From NCBI GenBank assembly GCA_041659065.1, contig JBAZYY010000007.1:863-64862 (forward strand): a stretch of DNA of 64,000 nucleotides. The letters are read 5' to 3'. This DNA comes from Parcubacteria group bacterium (GTDB lineage Bacteria; Patescibacteriota; Minisyncoccia; Moranbacterales; UBA11712). The number at the start of each line of letters is the position of its first letter. Position 1 is the first letter of the stretch. Below are positions 46,322 through 56,239 of the stretch, piece after piece. Position numbers and translations under genes: made by a program. The notes beneath the pieces are model-generated. The model did not search any database, was not told the DNA's origin, and worked only from the letters and a program-made list of their open reading frames with translations.

Positions 46322-46501
46322 TTATCGGCAAAATTAAATTTTTTTGGATAAATTGGTTACCCCTTGTTTTTATTTGGCAAGGGGTAATTTATTGCCAAAA
46401 TCCTAGTTTTCGAATAAGCTTAATAAGCGGTTGCGGATCGGTTTGTTGCCCGTGCTATGCGAGCTAAATATACCAAAGATTTTTCGCTAGCGTGTTAATA
46501 T

Positions 46502-46572
46502 CGGAGTGTCGTATACCGGCAGTACGCGTGCTTTGGGAGCACGTTGACTGGGTTCGATTCCCAGCACTCCGA
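46502..46572 (+). tRNA. tRNA-Pro(TGG)
   Basis: CGGAGTGTCGTATACCGGCAGTACGCGTGCTTTGGGAGCACGTTGACTGGGTTCGATTCCCAGCACTCCGA. Confidence 0.85.
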
Positions 46573-46602
46573 CAGGATAAATATAGACAAATATAAAAAA
46601 CA

Positions 46603-46866
46603 ATGTACTATGTTTATGTGATAGAAAGTATAAAGAATGGAGATCTATACAAAGGATTTACGGTAAATATAAACAAGAGATTAATTGAACATAACAGCGG
46701 ACTTACTGAGTCAACGAGAAAGTATAGGCCATGGAAGCTAGTTTATTGCGAAATATTGATTTGCAAAGAGGATGCAGTTAAAAGGGAAAAATATTTGAAA
46801 AGCAGTTGAGGAAGGAAGTATTTAAAAGAAGCTCTTCAAAATTATTTTAAGGATAAGAAAGAATGA
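46603..46866 (+). pseudogene. GIY-YIG nuclease family gene with an in-frame TGA at 46807. The reading frame continues in conserved sequence to 46866.
   Basis: MYYVYVIES...LYKGFTVNINKRLIEHN...REKYLKSS*GRKYLKEALQNYFKDKKE*. The paralog at 2368..2631 reads REKFYKTGIGRKIRNAII without a stop at the equivalent position. Confidence 0.5.
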
Positions 46867-46902
46867 TAAATGTGTCTGTGATATTTCCCTTTGAAAATTA
46901 AA

Positions 46903-46960
46903 GACAGGCGTGCCTGCGGCATTTTCTTAATAATTTTCAGGACAGGCGGGCCTGCTATAT
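46903..46960 (+). repeat. two direct copies of (a/g)gacaggcgKgcctgc...attttc. The second copy resembles the 5' end of the downstream tRNA-Gly(TCC).
   Basis: agacaggcgtgcctgcggcattttc at 46903 and ggacaggcgggcctgctatattttc at 46941, compared with the tRNA-Gly 5' end cgcaggcgggtgttgtataatgg at 47047. Confidence 0.35.
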
Positions 46961-47049
46961 TTTCTCTCGTGATAAATTATGATGGGCTAGGATTATCATT
47001 GGAGGTTGCTAGTAAGTAATTACTTAAATCAAGAAAGAAAATATCGCAG

Positions 47050-47121
47050 GCGGGTGTTGTATAATGGCTATTACATCAGGTTTCCAACCTGGGGACGAGG
47101 GTTCGATTCCCTTCACCCGCT
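47050..47121 (+). tRNA. tRNA-Gly(TCC)
   Basis: GCGGGTGTTGTATAATGGCTATTACATCAGGTTTCCAACCTGGGGACGAGGGTTCGATTCCCTTCACCCGCT. Confidence 0.85.
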
Positions 47122-47406
47122 CAGTTTTCCGCAAAACCTGGACAGGGCTTTTGCAAAGTAAAATTTCAGTTTTAACCTAAAGCTGATTTTCACAAAAATT
47201 GGCTTGCCTGAGTCTTTTTTTATTCTAAATTTTCCGATGTTTCAGGCAAAATATCGCTCCATAAACTTGGTTCTAGCTTCACGTCCTTGCCCGTCTTGTT
47301 TAATAAAGTGTTTTGGGCTCTGTCATCCTATGGGTTGATAATAGAAAATATCCATGTAAGGATTTTCTAAGAGTTGGCATCTTGAAATATATTTTTAAAG
47401 AGTATA

Positions 47407-48255
47407 TTGTTTTATATGTTGGATAAAAATATCAACGTAACAAGAAAACTAGGAATAGCCCTGGATGTTCGAGGAACTCTGGTTCATTGCAAAAATGATT
47501 TGCCAACTACTGGTAAGATCGCGAGTCTGATCCTAAAAGCGCTCAAATTTGGCTGCTATATTTCTATACTGTCGGCAGGAAGTATACAGACGATAAAAAG
47601 GCTTGTATTGAATAAATTAATTGTCTTCAATAAAAAATCCGCAAGTATGTTTCTTTGTAGAAATCTTGTGGTTTACTCTGACTCAGCCACCAAAGGATGG
47701 CGCATCAATGAAGATAATAAAATCGTTCCTTTAACTGATTATCAGGCGATAAGTTTCGACCGTGATGAACTGGAAAAAATTATTGAAATAATAGAAAGTG
47801 CTAAAATAAAGTTTAAAATAAAGAAGCCAAGATTAAAACTCAAAGCCGGACAAATTAATTTTTACATGGCTAGAGACTTTAATGAAAGGATTGAGATTGC
47901 CGATTACTTAAATAAAAAATTGGCGAATGGTTGCTTTAGAGAAGTAAGGGCATTTGTGCCAAGTTCGAAAGAGACCATTGATATTGCCTTATGCGGAAAA
48001 ATTAGAGGAATAAAGGATTTTGCCGGAAGATTTAGACTCAAAAAGCTTCAAATTTCGATAATAAGCGACTCTCTTCAAGACAATGGAGCAGAGCAGTTGC
48101 TTAAAAGGTTCACCAATAATAGTCTTTCATTTCAGGTCGGCGTCCATCATGCTAGCAACGTGATAAACTACCCCAATAAAATCGATTTGGAAGGGACGAC
48201 TAGAGCCCTAGAAAGGCTAGTGACTCGTGTCCACAATAATTTTTCAAATAAATAA
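47407..48255 (+). CDS. HAD-superfamily-like hydrolase with degenerate motif I, possibly inactive
   Basis: LDVRGTL sits in place of the DxDGTL motif, with ISDSLQDNG near the C-terminus. 282 aa. Confidence 0.4.
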   Translation: MFYMLDKNINVTRKLGIALDVRGTLVHCKNDLPTTGKIASLILKALKFGCYISILSAGSIQTIKRLVLNKLIVFNKKSASMFLCRNLVVYSDSATKGWRINEDNKIVPLTDYQAISFDRDELEKIIEIIESAKIKFKIKKPRLKLKAGQINFYMARDFNERIEIADYLNKKLANGCFREVRAFVPSSKETIDIALCGKIRGIKDFAGRFRLKKLQISIISDSLQDNGAEQLLKRFTNNSLSFQVGVHHASNVINYPNKIDLEGTTRALERLVTRVHNNFSNK

Positions 48256-48368
48256 GCTTTTCATCTTTTCCTAATCAATAATTTCCCCCCTAAATCCAGT
48301 TCTAACCCCAGTAGTATATAAATAACTACGGGGCAGGCTGCGTGAACTTGCCGGCCGTCCTAATAAGA

Positions 48369-48401
48369 AAAAACACGGCTCTTGAAGGCCGTGTTTTTTT
48401 G
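48369..48401 (+). terminator. rho-independent terminator
   Basis: acacggc-tcttgaag-gccgtgt followed by TTTTTTT. Confidence 0.55.
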
Positions 48402-48516
48402 GCTACTTATCGGGAAGCATTTCCCAAATCATCTCAAAGAAACTTTTTTGGCTTTCGATGACAATTGCCATTAAAATAAAATTTGAAATATATTATCTGC
48501 GTGTTAAGATAAATTT

Positions 48517-49527
48517 ATGAAGAAAAATATGAAGGGCAATTTTCCAAAAGGGGAAGTTGTTATCTACAAAACCAAAGACGGGCAGGCGAAGCTTAAAGTG
48601 AATCTGCGGGAAGAAACTGTTTGGCTTGATGCGCATCAGACGGCTTCGTTATTTGGTGTGAATCGACCGGCGATAGTAAAACACATAAACAATGTCTATA
48701 AGACTGGAGAACTGGACGAAAAATCAACCTGTTCCATTTTGGAACAGGTTGCCGCTGATGGCAAAAAAAGAAAAATGAATCTTTATAATTTAGACATGAT
48801 TATTTCCGTTGGTTATAGAGTCAATTCTACTCGGGCCACACAATTCAGAATTTGGGCGACGAAAGTTTTGCGTGACCATATAATTAAAGGATTTACGCTA
48901 AACGAAAAAAGGTTGAAAGAGCAAAAGCAAGTAAAATTACGAGAGTTGGAAAGTGCTATCGCCTTGCTTCAAGGCGCGATTCGAAATAGGGATCTCAATA
49001 AAATCGAAGCTGAAGGCTTGCTAAAAGTAATTACCGATTATGCTAATTCTTGGATATTGCTGCAAAAATATGATGAGGGAAAACTTGTTGTTCAAAAGAA
49101 AACCTCAAAGTTCCGTTGGGAGCTGGGTTATGATGAGGCGAAAAAATCTATTAGCGAACTGAAAAACAATCTTATCAAAAACAAAAGAGCGACTGAAATT
49201 TTCGGTCAGGAAAGAGGGCACGGGTTGGACGCGATTATCGGAAACCTGAATCAAACTTTTGGCGGGAAAAAACTTTACCCAAGCATTGAGCAAAAAGCGG
49301 CGCACCTTCTCTATTTTGTTATCAAAGACCATCCTTTCGTGGATGGCAATAAGAGAACTGCTTCGTTTTTGTTTATCCTATATCTCGCGCGAAACAATTA
49401 TCTCTTGAACAAAAAGGGTGAACGTAAAATCAACGACAACGCGCTAGTTGCTCTCGCGCTTCTTGTCGCTGAAAGCAACCCGAAAGAAAAAGATATAATG
49501 GTCGCGCTGATAACGAATTTGCTTTAG
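48517..49527 (+). CDS. RhuM-family virulence protein fused to a C-terminal Fic/Doc domain
   Basis: N-terminal VVIYKTKDGQAKLKVNLREETVWLDAHQTASLFGV...NLYNLDMIISVGYRVNSTRATQFRIWATKVL matches RhuM. Fic motif HPFVDGNKRTAS near the C-terminus. Confidence 0.7.
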   Translation: MKKNMKGNFPKGEVVIYKTKDGQAKLKVNLREETVWLDAHQTASLFGVNRPAIVKHINNVYKTGELDEKSTCSILEQVAADGKKRKMNLYNLDMIISVGYRVNSTRATQFRIWATKVLRDHIIKGFTLNEKRLKEQKQVKLRELESAIALLQGAIRNRDLNKIEAEGLLKVITDYANSWILLQKYDEGKLVVQKKTSKFRWELGYDEAKKSISELKNNLIKNKRATEIFGQERGHGLDAIIGNLNQTFGGKKLYPSIEQKAAHLLYFVIKDHPFVDGNKRTASFLFILYLARNNYLLNKKGERKINDNALVALALLVAESNPKEKDIMVALITNLL

Positions 49528-49544
49528 TAGAAAAATTGGAAAAT

Positions 49545-49583
49545 AAAAAAGCTCGTGGAATAATACCCGCACGAGCTTTTTTA
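49545..49583 (+). terminator. rho-independent terminator
   Basis: aaaaaagctcgtg-gaataatacccg-cacgagctttttt. Confidence 0.6.
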
Positions 49584-49863
49584 TAGCAGAGTGTAAACAA
49601 TACCTTAGGCACTTTTTACTATAAGTCTTCGTTTACTTTTGTTTCTTCCACCAGGCTTGGAGTTCTAGGGCTAGAGCTTTGGACTTGGTCCCGAGCAGGA
49701 CGTAATCAGGAAGATTAAGCCCTCTTTTCTTTGAGATGCCTCTTTCTTCGCAGATTGCGTTTCCGATTGCACTGCAGTGGTTTAGCAACTCATCGTGCTA
49801 GACGGCGGTACGGCTCCAAAAAAGCAACGCGTTAATTGGCCAGAAGTGATAAGCGAGAAAAAA

Positions 49864-50811
49864 CTATCTGACCTCAATATCAAGAAGGTATGTTATAAGA
49901 CCCATCGTTACATAAATAAATTCTTTCATAAAAACTTTATTCATGATTCTGGGGTCATTGTCGACTTCTTCTTTGGCAATAAGTTTTCCATTTGTCATCA
50001 TGCGGGGCTCACCGTACTCAATTAGCGCTCCAGGCTTTAGGCGATTGACCTCTTCTTGGGATAGAATCTTAAATTTATCATTATATTTCTCGACTAATTT
50101 TTTGTCTTCACCTTTTTGAGGTAAGCCTTCGGCAATCAGAATAAAATCCATCTTATTCAGAAAGTTATCATACTTATCCGGAATCAAATTTCCACCGTTT
50201 TTTTTCACAAATTCTTGAATGTGCTCCGGTGTCCTAAAAGATTCAATGACTGGATCTTCGTGAATTTCTGCTTTAAAAATACTTAGTGCCTTTATGAGAG
50301 CTTTGGTTGGGCGTGACGACTTGGTCATTCCATAAACTCCGACCTTGATTTTTGAAAGATCGCCAAAGCGTTTGGATAATGAATATATCCAGCCAAGCGC
50401 GCCAAGACTGTGTTCATCTCCTCCGCACATCCCATTCATAAGCGGAATCGGAAAATCTCTAGCCATTTCGCTCAAATCTAAGCTCTTATGGCGAACTGCC
50501 ATGATATCAGAAAAAGCTGCATATCCGTTTAGAAAATCCCGCATATCTTCTTCTCCTGAATTGACATAGGTTCCGGCAGTTCCGCTGATTCCAATCCATC
50601 CACCACCGAGCCGGATCATTGCCATTTGGAACAAGGAGGCTGTTCGCGCGCTTTCCTGAAAAAACATGGTCGCAATTACTTTTCCGGGACAAACGTTTGT
50701 GAAATTTTTTCCTTTCTCAAGCCCCTCCTGAAAAATTTTTGCCCGACGAAAAACTTCTAGATATCCTTCCCTAGTAAAATCGTCGGTTTTAGTGAAGTGT
50801 TTTACTGGCAT
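49864..50811 (-). CDS. divergent aspartate/ornithine carbamoyltransferase-superfamily protein
   Basis: FFQESARTASLF compares with the STRTR carbamoyl-phosphate motif. PLMNGMCGGDEHSLGAL compares with the HPTQ region. C-terminal LIAEGLP compares with HCLP. 315 aa. Assignment is tentative. Confidence 0.4.
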   Translation of the reverse strand: MPVKHFTKTDDFTREGYLEVFRRAKIFQEGLEKGKNFTNVCPGKVIATMFFQESARTASLFQMAMIRLGGGWIGISGTAGTYVNSGEEDMRDFLNGYAAFSDIMAVRHKSLDLSEMARDFPIPLMNGMCGGDEHSLGALGWIYSLSKRFGDLSKIKVGVYGMTKSSRPTKALIKALSIFKAEIHEDPVIESFRTPEHIQEFVKKNGGNLIPDKYDNFLNKMDFILIAEGLPQKGEDKKLVEKYNDKFKILSQEEVNRLKPGALIEYGEPRMMTNGKLIAKEEVDNDPRIMNKVFMKEFIYVTMGLITYLLDIEVR

Positions 50812-50841
50812 AAATTTTGGATTAATATTTTAAAATAAAAA

Positions 50842-52521
50842 TTATTTGCGGTGGACTTCTTTACCGCTAGCGATAGTTTTAAGAGTTTGAAGATCGCTAT
50901 AAGCTTTTATGGATTGCCTTAGTCCCTCGCTGAGTTCCCCAAGATTTCGCGCTGCCGGGCCACCCATCAATTCCAGATCTTTAGAATCAATGACGATGAT
51001 GTCCGCTTTTTGGTCGACGTTCAAACTTCCGCCTTCAACTTTAGCAAACTTATGAGCCATTATTGTGTATGCTGCTAATGCCTCTGGGAAAGATAGTCTT
51101 TGTTCCTTTTCGGAAGCATGCGTGGCTGCCCAAATTCCATGGAGTGCAGATGTTGGCATACTATCAGATCCAAACATCATTGGAATTCCGGCGTCGATTA
51201 TCTTTCTATGAGGACATATCATCCGAATGCGGTCTTTGCCGAGCCGTTCAATGTAATCCGGTCCGTCTGATAAAAAATTTGGCTGTGAGCAAACCCAAAC
51301 TCCGAGGTCTTGTGCCTGTTCTATTGATTCCTGATTCGGTAGCTCAAAATGTTCTATTCGCCAACTCACTGACCCGCGGGGAGCAAGAGCTTCTTTTTCC
51401 CAACGAGCGACACTTTCTAAAACCCTTTTGATTCCTGCATCACCGATGGCGTGGAAAGCTATATTTTCGATACCGTGCTCAAGTGCCATTTGTATGGCTT
51501 CGTTCATTTTTTGCATTTGCATAGCCCATACACCCAGAGTGTCTCTGTCGGTATATTTTTCCGAAAGCATCGCAGTGTAGCTGCCAATAGATCCATCGGT
51601 TAGAAGTTTCATTCCGAGCCCTCGAAACATCTCTGGCTTCCAGAGCCCTGCACTTTCAAGAGATTTTATTACTTTTCCGCCAGAGGCCAGCATCTGATTC
51701 ATCACATAAGGTGAAACAAAATATCTTTGCACAGGGAAAGACTCTGCGCCTCTTTTTTCTTCATATTTCTTTTTTGTCAAAAGAAAAGCCTCGAATTGAG
51801 CAAGTGTTGTCATATCCATATCATGAATAGTCGTAATTCCTTGTCCCAGCCAACCCTCGATCCTCTGCTCTGCGCTTTCTGCTAAAACTTCAGCCGTTGG
51901 AGAAAATAATTCCAAAGCTCTGATTATGAATTCTTCTGAAACTCTTCCAGTATACTCACTGAATTCTCCTGCCATTTTACCCTTTTCGCTGTCGGGAATA
52001 AGTTTTTTCAGCTCAGCGATACCGGCAGAATTTAGCCAGCCGCCATGAAAAGAAGGGTCAATCACGATAATGGATTGGTCTCCAGAGACTTTGTCGAGTC
52101 CTAGCCGTGAGACTTCACCTAATTTTTTGGTTATCAAGCCCACAAACATCATTGGCAATTCTGATTCATTACTTTGCGCTTCGTCTCTGATGTTATTCAT
52201 CACTTCTTCGTGCGTCTTAAATTTAGAAAGATCTTTGGCATCATCAAATAAGCCCCAAATAATAGGATGGTTATGCGCATCAGCAAAGCCTGGCATCATT
52301 ATTCCTCCTGCCTCAATTGATGTAACTTGGTAGCGGTTTCCCTCTTCACCTTTTAACCATTCACTCGCTTCTTGCTGAGTGCCCTTAAAAACAATTTTTC
52401 TTTTCTGTGGGTCAACGGCTATAACTATATCTTGCTTTCCTTCAGCTCCGGTTTCCGACGTTACAACTTTTTCTGGATGGTATACATTTAAAGCTGACTT
52501 TTCACTTCTCATTTTTTCCAT
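50842..52521 (-). CDS. metal-dependent amidohydrolase (amidohydrolase-3 type)
   Basis: GFADAHNHPI metal-binding HxH motif and a TIM-barrel hydrolase pattern. 559 aa. Confidence 0.65.
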   Translation of the reverse strand: MEKMRSEKSALNVYHPEKVVTSETGAEGKQDIVIAVDPQKRKIVFKGTQQEASEWLKGEEGNRYQVTSIEAGGIMMPGFADAHNHPIIWGLFDDAKDLSKFKTHEEVMNNIRDEAQSNESELPMMFVGLITKKLGEVSRLGLDKVSGDQSIIVIDPSFHGGWLNSAGIAELKKLIPDSEKGKMAGEFSEYTGRVSEEFIIRALELFSPTAEVLAESAEQRIEGWLGQGITTIHDMDMTTLAQFEAFLLTKKKYEEKRGAESFPVQRYFVSPYVMNQMLASGGKVIKSLESAGLWKPEMFRGLGMKLLTDGSIGSYTAMLSEKYTDRDTLGVWAMQMQKMNEAIQMALEHGIENIAFHAIGDAGIKRVLESVARWEKEALAPRGSVSWRIEHFELPNQESIEQAQDLGVWVCSQPNFLSDGPDYIERLGKDRIRMICPHRKIIDAGIPMMFGSDSMPTSALHGIWAATHASEKEQRLSFPEALAAYTIMAHKFAKVEGGSLNVDQKADIIVIDSKDLELMGGPAARNLGELSEGLRQSIKAYSDLQTLKTIASGKEVHRK

Positions 52522-52547
52522 AATATTTGAAATAAATAAATAATTTT

Positions 52548-54896
52548 TTACCGATCAGATTCGCTACTTACCTCTTTCTTATTCTTCAAGATTTTAACAA
52601 TACCATTGTCTGCATCTACCTCTAGCAGGTTCCCATCTTTAATAATCTTACTCGCCATTTTTGTCGCAATTACGCAGGGCTTTTTCATCTCGCGAGCTAC
52701 AATTGCCGCGTGCGATGTAATGCCACCTTCATCCGTAACAAATGCAGCTGCTAATCGCATTACTGGCATATATTCAGGGCGCGTTGCAACGGCGATGAGA
52801 ATATCTCCCTTTTTAACTTTTCGAAATTGATTTCTATCAAGCACGACAGCTGCCCGTCCTTTTACCTTGCCTCCAGAAGCAGAAACACCCTTGAACTCTT
52901 GCATATTTTTAGTATCGCCGATAACAGACCGTTTGAAATCCGATGTTATCTGATTGGCTTTGTGTCCACTCCAAATTTTCGTATCATTTAATTGCCAATA
53001 AATAATGCAATGCTTCCGTCGTCTCATCAATTCACTTCTGTCGTATTTATTGTCTATGATTTCATTCCAGGTAGCAAGCAGTAATTCTTTCATCGGTATA
53101 TTTTGCCTTTTTGACAACTCCCGAAGAAGTTTTTCCGCACCAGAAACCCACATAAGCGATTCAGCTTTTCTGATATCTTGAATTGTTGCAGTCATTTGCA
53201 GTACAGTAAGCAGATTTGTTATCTTACTTGGCAAACGTTTGCTTGAATTGATCTGCACTGAAAAATGTGGACTTCTAGCTACTAATTTTTTCAAATCTCG
53301 CTTAGTTACCGTATGGGAACCAGTGTAATCGTTATTTATATAGTGAAATTTTTTTAGAACAGCAGTGACATCTTTTTCGCTTTTTGCTTTTTTATATTCT
53401 TCAATGCATTGCTGGATGTAATTTGGCTTGCTGGGATTACTATATAAATCCATTAGTTTTTTAGCTTTCCCGTTTTCTATTCCTTCACTTGAAAGCAGTC
53501 CCTGCAGATGATTTTGAAAATAAAGACTTAATGGTTCAATAAAATCATTTGCTGTATATTGTTCAACAAAATATTCATAATATTTCTCAATCCAATCATG
53601 AAATTCTTTGTTGGAAATATGAGAAAGATTGGTGTGGAGAAGTTGATAGTGTAGCTTATCGAAACGTTTAACTTTGGCTTGCCAGCTATCATAAAGATCC
53701 CATTTATTTTTGATTATTTTTGGAAGCATGATCTGCGCAAATTCAACAAGCTGCGTCTCGTCGAAAAGCCAGTCCAGAGACTTACCTTTCCAGATTGCAA
53801 CAACATCATTTGAAATTCCATAAACTTTACCAAACTTTTTACTCGGGACGATTGCAAAAGGCGTGATGTAAGCAGGCCAAGCGGATGTGCCATAAATCGC
53901 CCATTTTCTGTTTTTAAAATCAATAGGATTCGCCTCAAGATGTTCTTTGCGATTCCCGAGGGTTGTTATCGGTCGGCTCTGCATAATATAAAACTTATTT
54001 TTTTCCAGGGCCCATTCAACATCGCAAGGAAAATTATAATGTTTTTCAATAGACAAAATTATCTCAGAAAGTCTTTTAATCTGATTATCAGATAAAGCCT
54101 GACTCCCACCCTTGGCTTTTAAAATCTCTTTCCATTCATTGCCGCCCTCCTTGCTGCGGTATATACCTCGGGTCTGTTCATTGACCTTAATATTAGTAAT
54201 TTTCAAAGGTTTCTTTACAACTACATAGCTATCTGGTGTGATTTGCCCTGAAACAGTCGCTTCTCCAAGTCCAAATCCGGCCTCAATGATAAGCTGATTC
54301 TTGTCTTGCGTGACAGGATGAACTGAAAAGGCAATGCCGGAAATATCCGAGTCGATCATTTTTTGCACAACAACAGCAACTGATATTTTTTGCTTATGAA
54401 GCCTTTTTTCAAAACGGTAAAAAATAGCTCGTGGAGTGAACAGGGATGCCCAGCATTTTTTTATATTTTCCAAAAGGTTGTTTTTGGTCGTATTTAAGTA
54501 GCTTTCAAGCTGTCCGGCCCATGCCGCCGATGCACTGTCTTCGGCAGTCGCACTTGATCGAACAGCAACGAATTTTGTATTGAGTTTTTTGAAAAATATT
54601 TTAATATCCTGTTCGATATCTCCTGGAATATCCTTGCTGATTATCAGAGATTTTATTTTTTTAGAGGCGCTTTCTACTGAGTGAATTTCTCTAAAATTAA
54701 CAGAATGTAAAATAGAATCAATTTTAGTATTTAAGCCAGTTTCTTCAAGAAATATTTCAAAGGCATCCGAAAGAATTACAAAACCATCAGGTACTGGAAT
54801 ATTTGCCTGTGTCATTTCTCCCAGTGAAGCCCCCTTGCCTCCAGCGATACTAGTATCTTTCGTTGTTATTTTTTTTATAGCTCTAATCAGTTCCAT
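52548..54896 (-). CDS. PEP-utilizing enzyme family protein with PEP synthase / rifampicin-phosphotransferase-like architecture
   Basis: N-terminal ATP-binding pyruvate-phosphate-dikinase domain (SIAGGKGASLGEM). C-terminal mobile phosphohistidine domain (GGITSHAAIVAREMKKPCVIA). No TIM-barrel PEP domain. Confidence 0.65.
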   Translation of the reverse strand: MELIRAIKKITTKDTSIAGGKGASLGEMTQANIPVPDGFVILSDAFEIFLEETGLNTKIDSILHSVNFREIHSVESASKKIKSLIISKDIPGDIEQDIKIFFKKLNTKFVAVRSSATAEDSASAAWAGQLESYLNTTKNNLLENIKKCWASLFTPRAIFYRFEKRLHKQKISVAVVVQKMIDSDISGIAFSVHPVTQDKNQLIIEAGFGLGEATVSGQITPDSYVVVKKPLKITNIKVNEQTRGIYRSKEGGNEWKEILKAKGGSQALSDNQIKRLSEIILSIEKHYNFPCDVEWALEKNKFYIMQSRPITTLGNRKEHLEANPIDFKNRKWAIYGTSAWPAYITPFAIVPSKKFGKVYGISNDVVAIWKGKSLDWLFDETQLVEFAQIMLPKIIKNKWDLYDSWQAKVKRFDKLHYQLLHTNLSHISNKEFHDWIEKYYEYFVEQYTANDFIEPLSLYFQNHLQGLLSSEGIENGKAKKLMDLYSNPSKPNYIQQCIEEYKKAKSEKDVTAVLKKFHYINNDYTGSHTVTKRDLKKLVARSPHFSVQINSSKRLPSKITNLLTVLQMTATIQDIRKAESLMWVSGAEKLLRELSKRQNIPMKELLLATWNEIIDNKYDRSELMRRRKHCIIYWQLNDTKIWSGHKANQITSDFKRSVIGDTKNMQEFKGVSASGGKVKGRAAVVLDRNQFRKVKKGDILIAVATRPEYMPVMRLAAAFVTDEGGITSHAAIVAREMKKPCVIATKMASKIIKDGNLLEVDADNGIVKILKNKKEVSSESDR

Positions 54897-55399
54897 ATTT
54901 TCATATCATTATGTATTAGTTTAGCATGAGATGTCGCGAAATAAAATGAGAATTGTATTTTCAGTAGTCAGTTCTTCTTTAATTCATCTAAATGATGAAT
55001 AGAATGAAACTAAATAACGCAAGCAAGATAAGGGTAAGCGTAATTATATTCCCTATCCTGCCTGTTGGTTCATTGTAATATTTGCTATAGATATTGTTAT
55101 TCATATAGTATTTATAAATTATTTTTACTTAACTCTATATTCTCTCGGTGTGATTTCATTTCCTTTATTTAGCAACTATTTTGTCTGATTAGTCTTGACG
55201 CGAAGAGCCACGCAATTTTAACTAATCTCGATTTAGAAATTGAAGCGATATAGCCTTCTCGTTCTTTATTCGGGGATATGTGGCTAAAATTAGTGCAGAG
55301 GTAAACCTTAACGAACTATTATATAATAAATCCATTATATTGGCAACAATCAATACCTTGAATAAGCAAAAAATACAATATATAAAGCTAAATAATATG

Positions 55400-55429
55400 T
55401 TGACAATAGCTCAACAAATATGCTAGAAT
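55400..55429 (+). promoter_or_regulatory. sigma70-like promoter: TTGACA, 18-nt spacer, TAGAAT
   Basis: Sits 9 nt upstream of the TrmB paralog 4 ATG. Confidence 0.35.
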
Positions 55430-55437
55430 AGGGGCAT

Positions 55438-56214
55438 ATGATAGCAGAAACCTTGCAAAAACTGGGTTTCAATGAGAAAGAGGCTGAAATATACCTTGAG
55501 ATTTTGAAGTTAGGCCGGGCGACTCCGGCTAGAATTGCCCAAAATACGGGGATTAATCGCACTACGGTTTATAGCTGCTATAAGAATTTGGTGAAGAAAA
55601 GAGTGATTGTTGAGGATCTGGGGCATAAATATACCTATCTCGTCGCTCTTCCGCCGGAAAATTTGGATGTGCTTTTGGAAAAACAAAAAAAGCGTCTCGA
55701 AACTGACGAGAAGCTGGTGGGTCAAGCCGTGAAAGAACTCGCGGAATTGCCGGCTAATACCCAATATTCAATTCCAAAAATCAGGTTTGTGGAGGAATTG
55801 GATCTTGAAGATTTTTTGTATAAGCGCAGTGATGAGTGGAACAAAAACTTAAAACAGCATGACAGCACGTGGTGGGGATTTCAGGATCATACTCTCATTG
55901 ATCACTATAAACAGTGGGTGTTAGATTATTGGAAAAAGTTTAAATCGTCCGAAGGGATCCTCGAAAAAGTTGTCAGCAATCAGACGGAAACTGAAAAAGA
56001 AATGCTGGAAAAAGCTATTGCGGGTCGGGATGTTCGCTTTTGGAGTAAGAACGCCGAATTCACTTCCTCATTTTGGGTGGGCGGAGATTATATTATAATG
56101 GTCTATACCGCCAATCGGCCTTTCTATCTCATTGAAATTCATAACCCGGTGATGGCGTATAATTTGCGGGAAGTGTTCAAGGGTCTTTGGGAAGAGCAAA
56201 TCAGATCAAAGTAA
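55438..56214 (+). CDS. TrmB-family transcriptional regulator, paralog 4 of 4
   Basis: KLGFNEKEAEIYLEILKLGRATPARIAQNTGINRTTVYSCYKNLVKKRV. Confidence 0.7.
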   Translation: MIAETLQKLGFNEKEAEIYLEILKLGRATPARIAQNTGINRTTVYSCYKNLVKKRVIVEDLGHKYTYLVALPPENLDVLLEKQKKRLETDEKLVGQAVKELAELPANTQYSIPKIRFVEELDLEDFLYKRSDEWNKNLKQHDSTWWGFQDHTLIDHYKQWVLDYWKKFKSSEGILEKVVSNQTETEKEMLEKAIAGRDVRFWSKNAEFTSSFWVGGDYIIMVYTANRPFYLIEIHNPVMAYNLREVFKGLWEEQIRSK

Positions 56215-56239
56215 AACTTTCAATACAGTAGAAAATAAA

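Noticed and set aside
46603-46866. Possibility that UGA is a sense codon (code 25, as in Gracilibacteria/SR1), given the in-frame TGA in the second GIY-YIG gene
   Set aside because: Every long conserved gene in the window (infB, nusA, gpmI, rny, the 870-aa membrane protein) is intact under the standard code without internal TGA. A recoded genome would fragment them. The single TGA is better explained as a pseudogenising mutation or an error.
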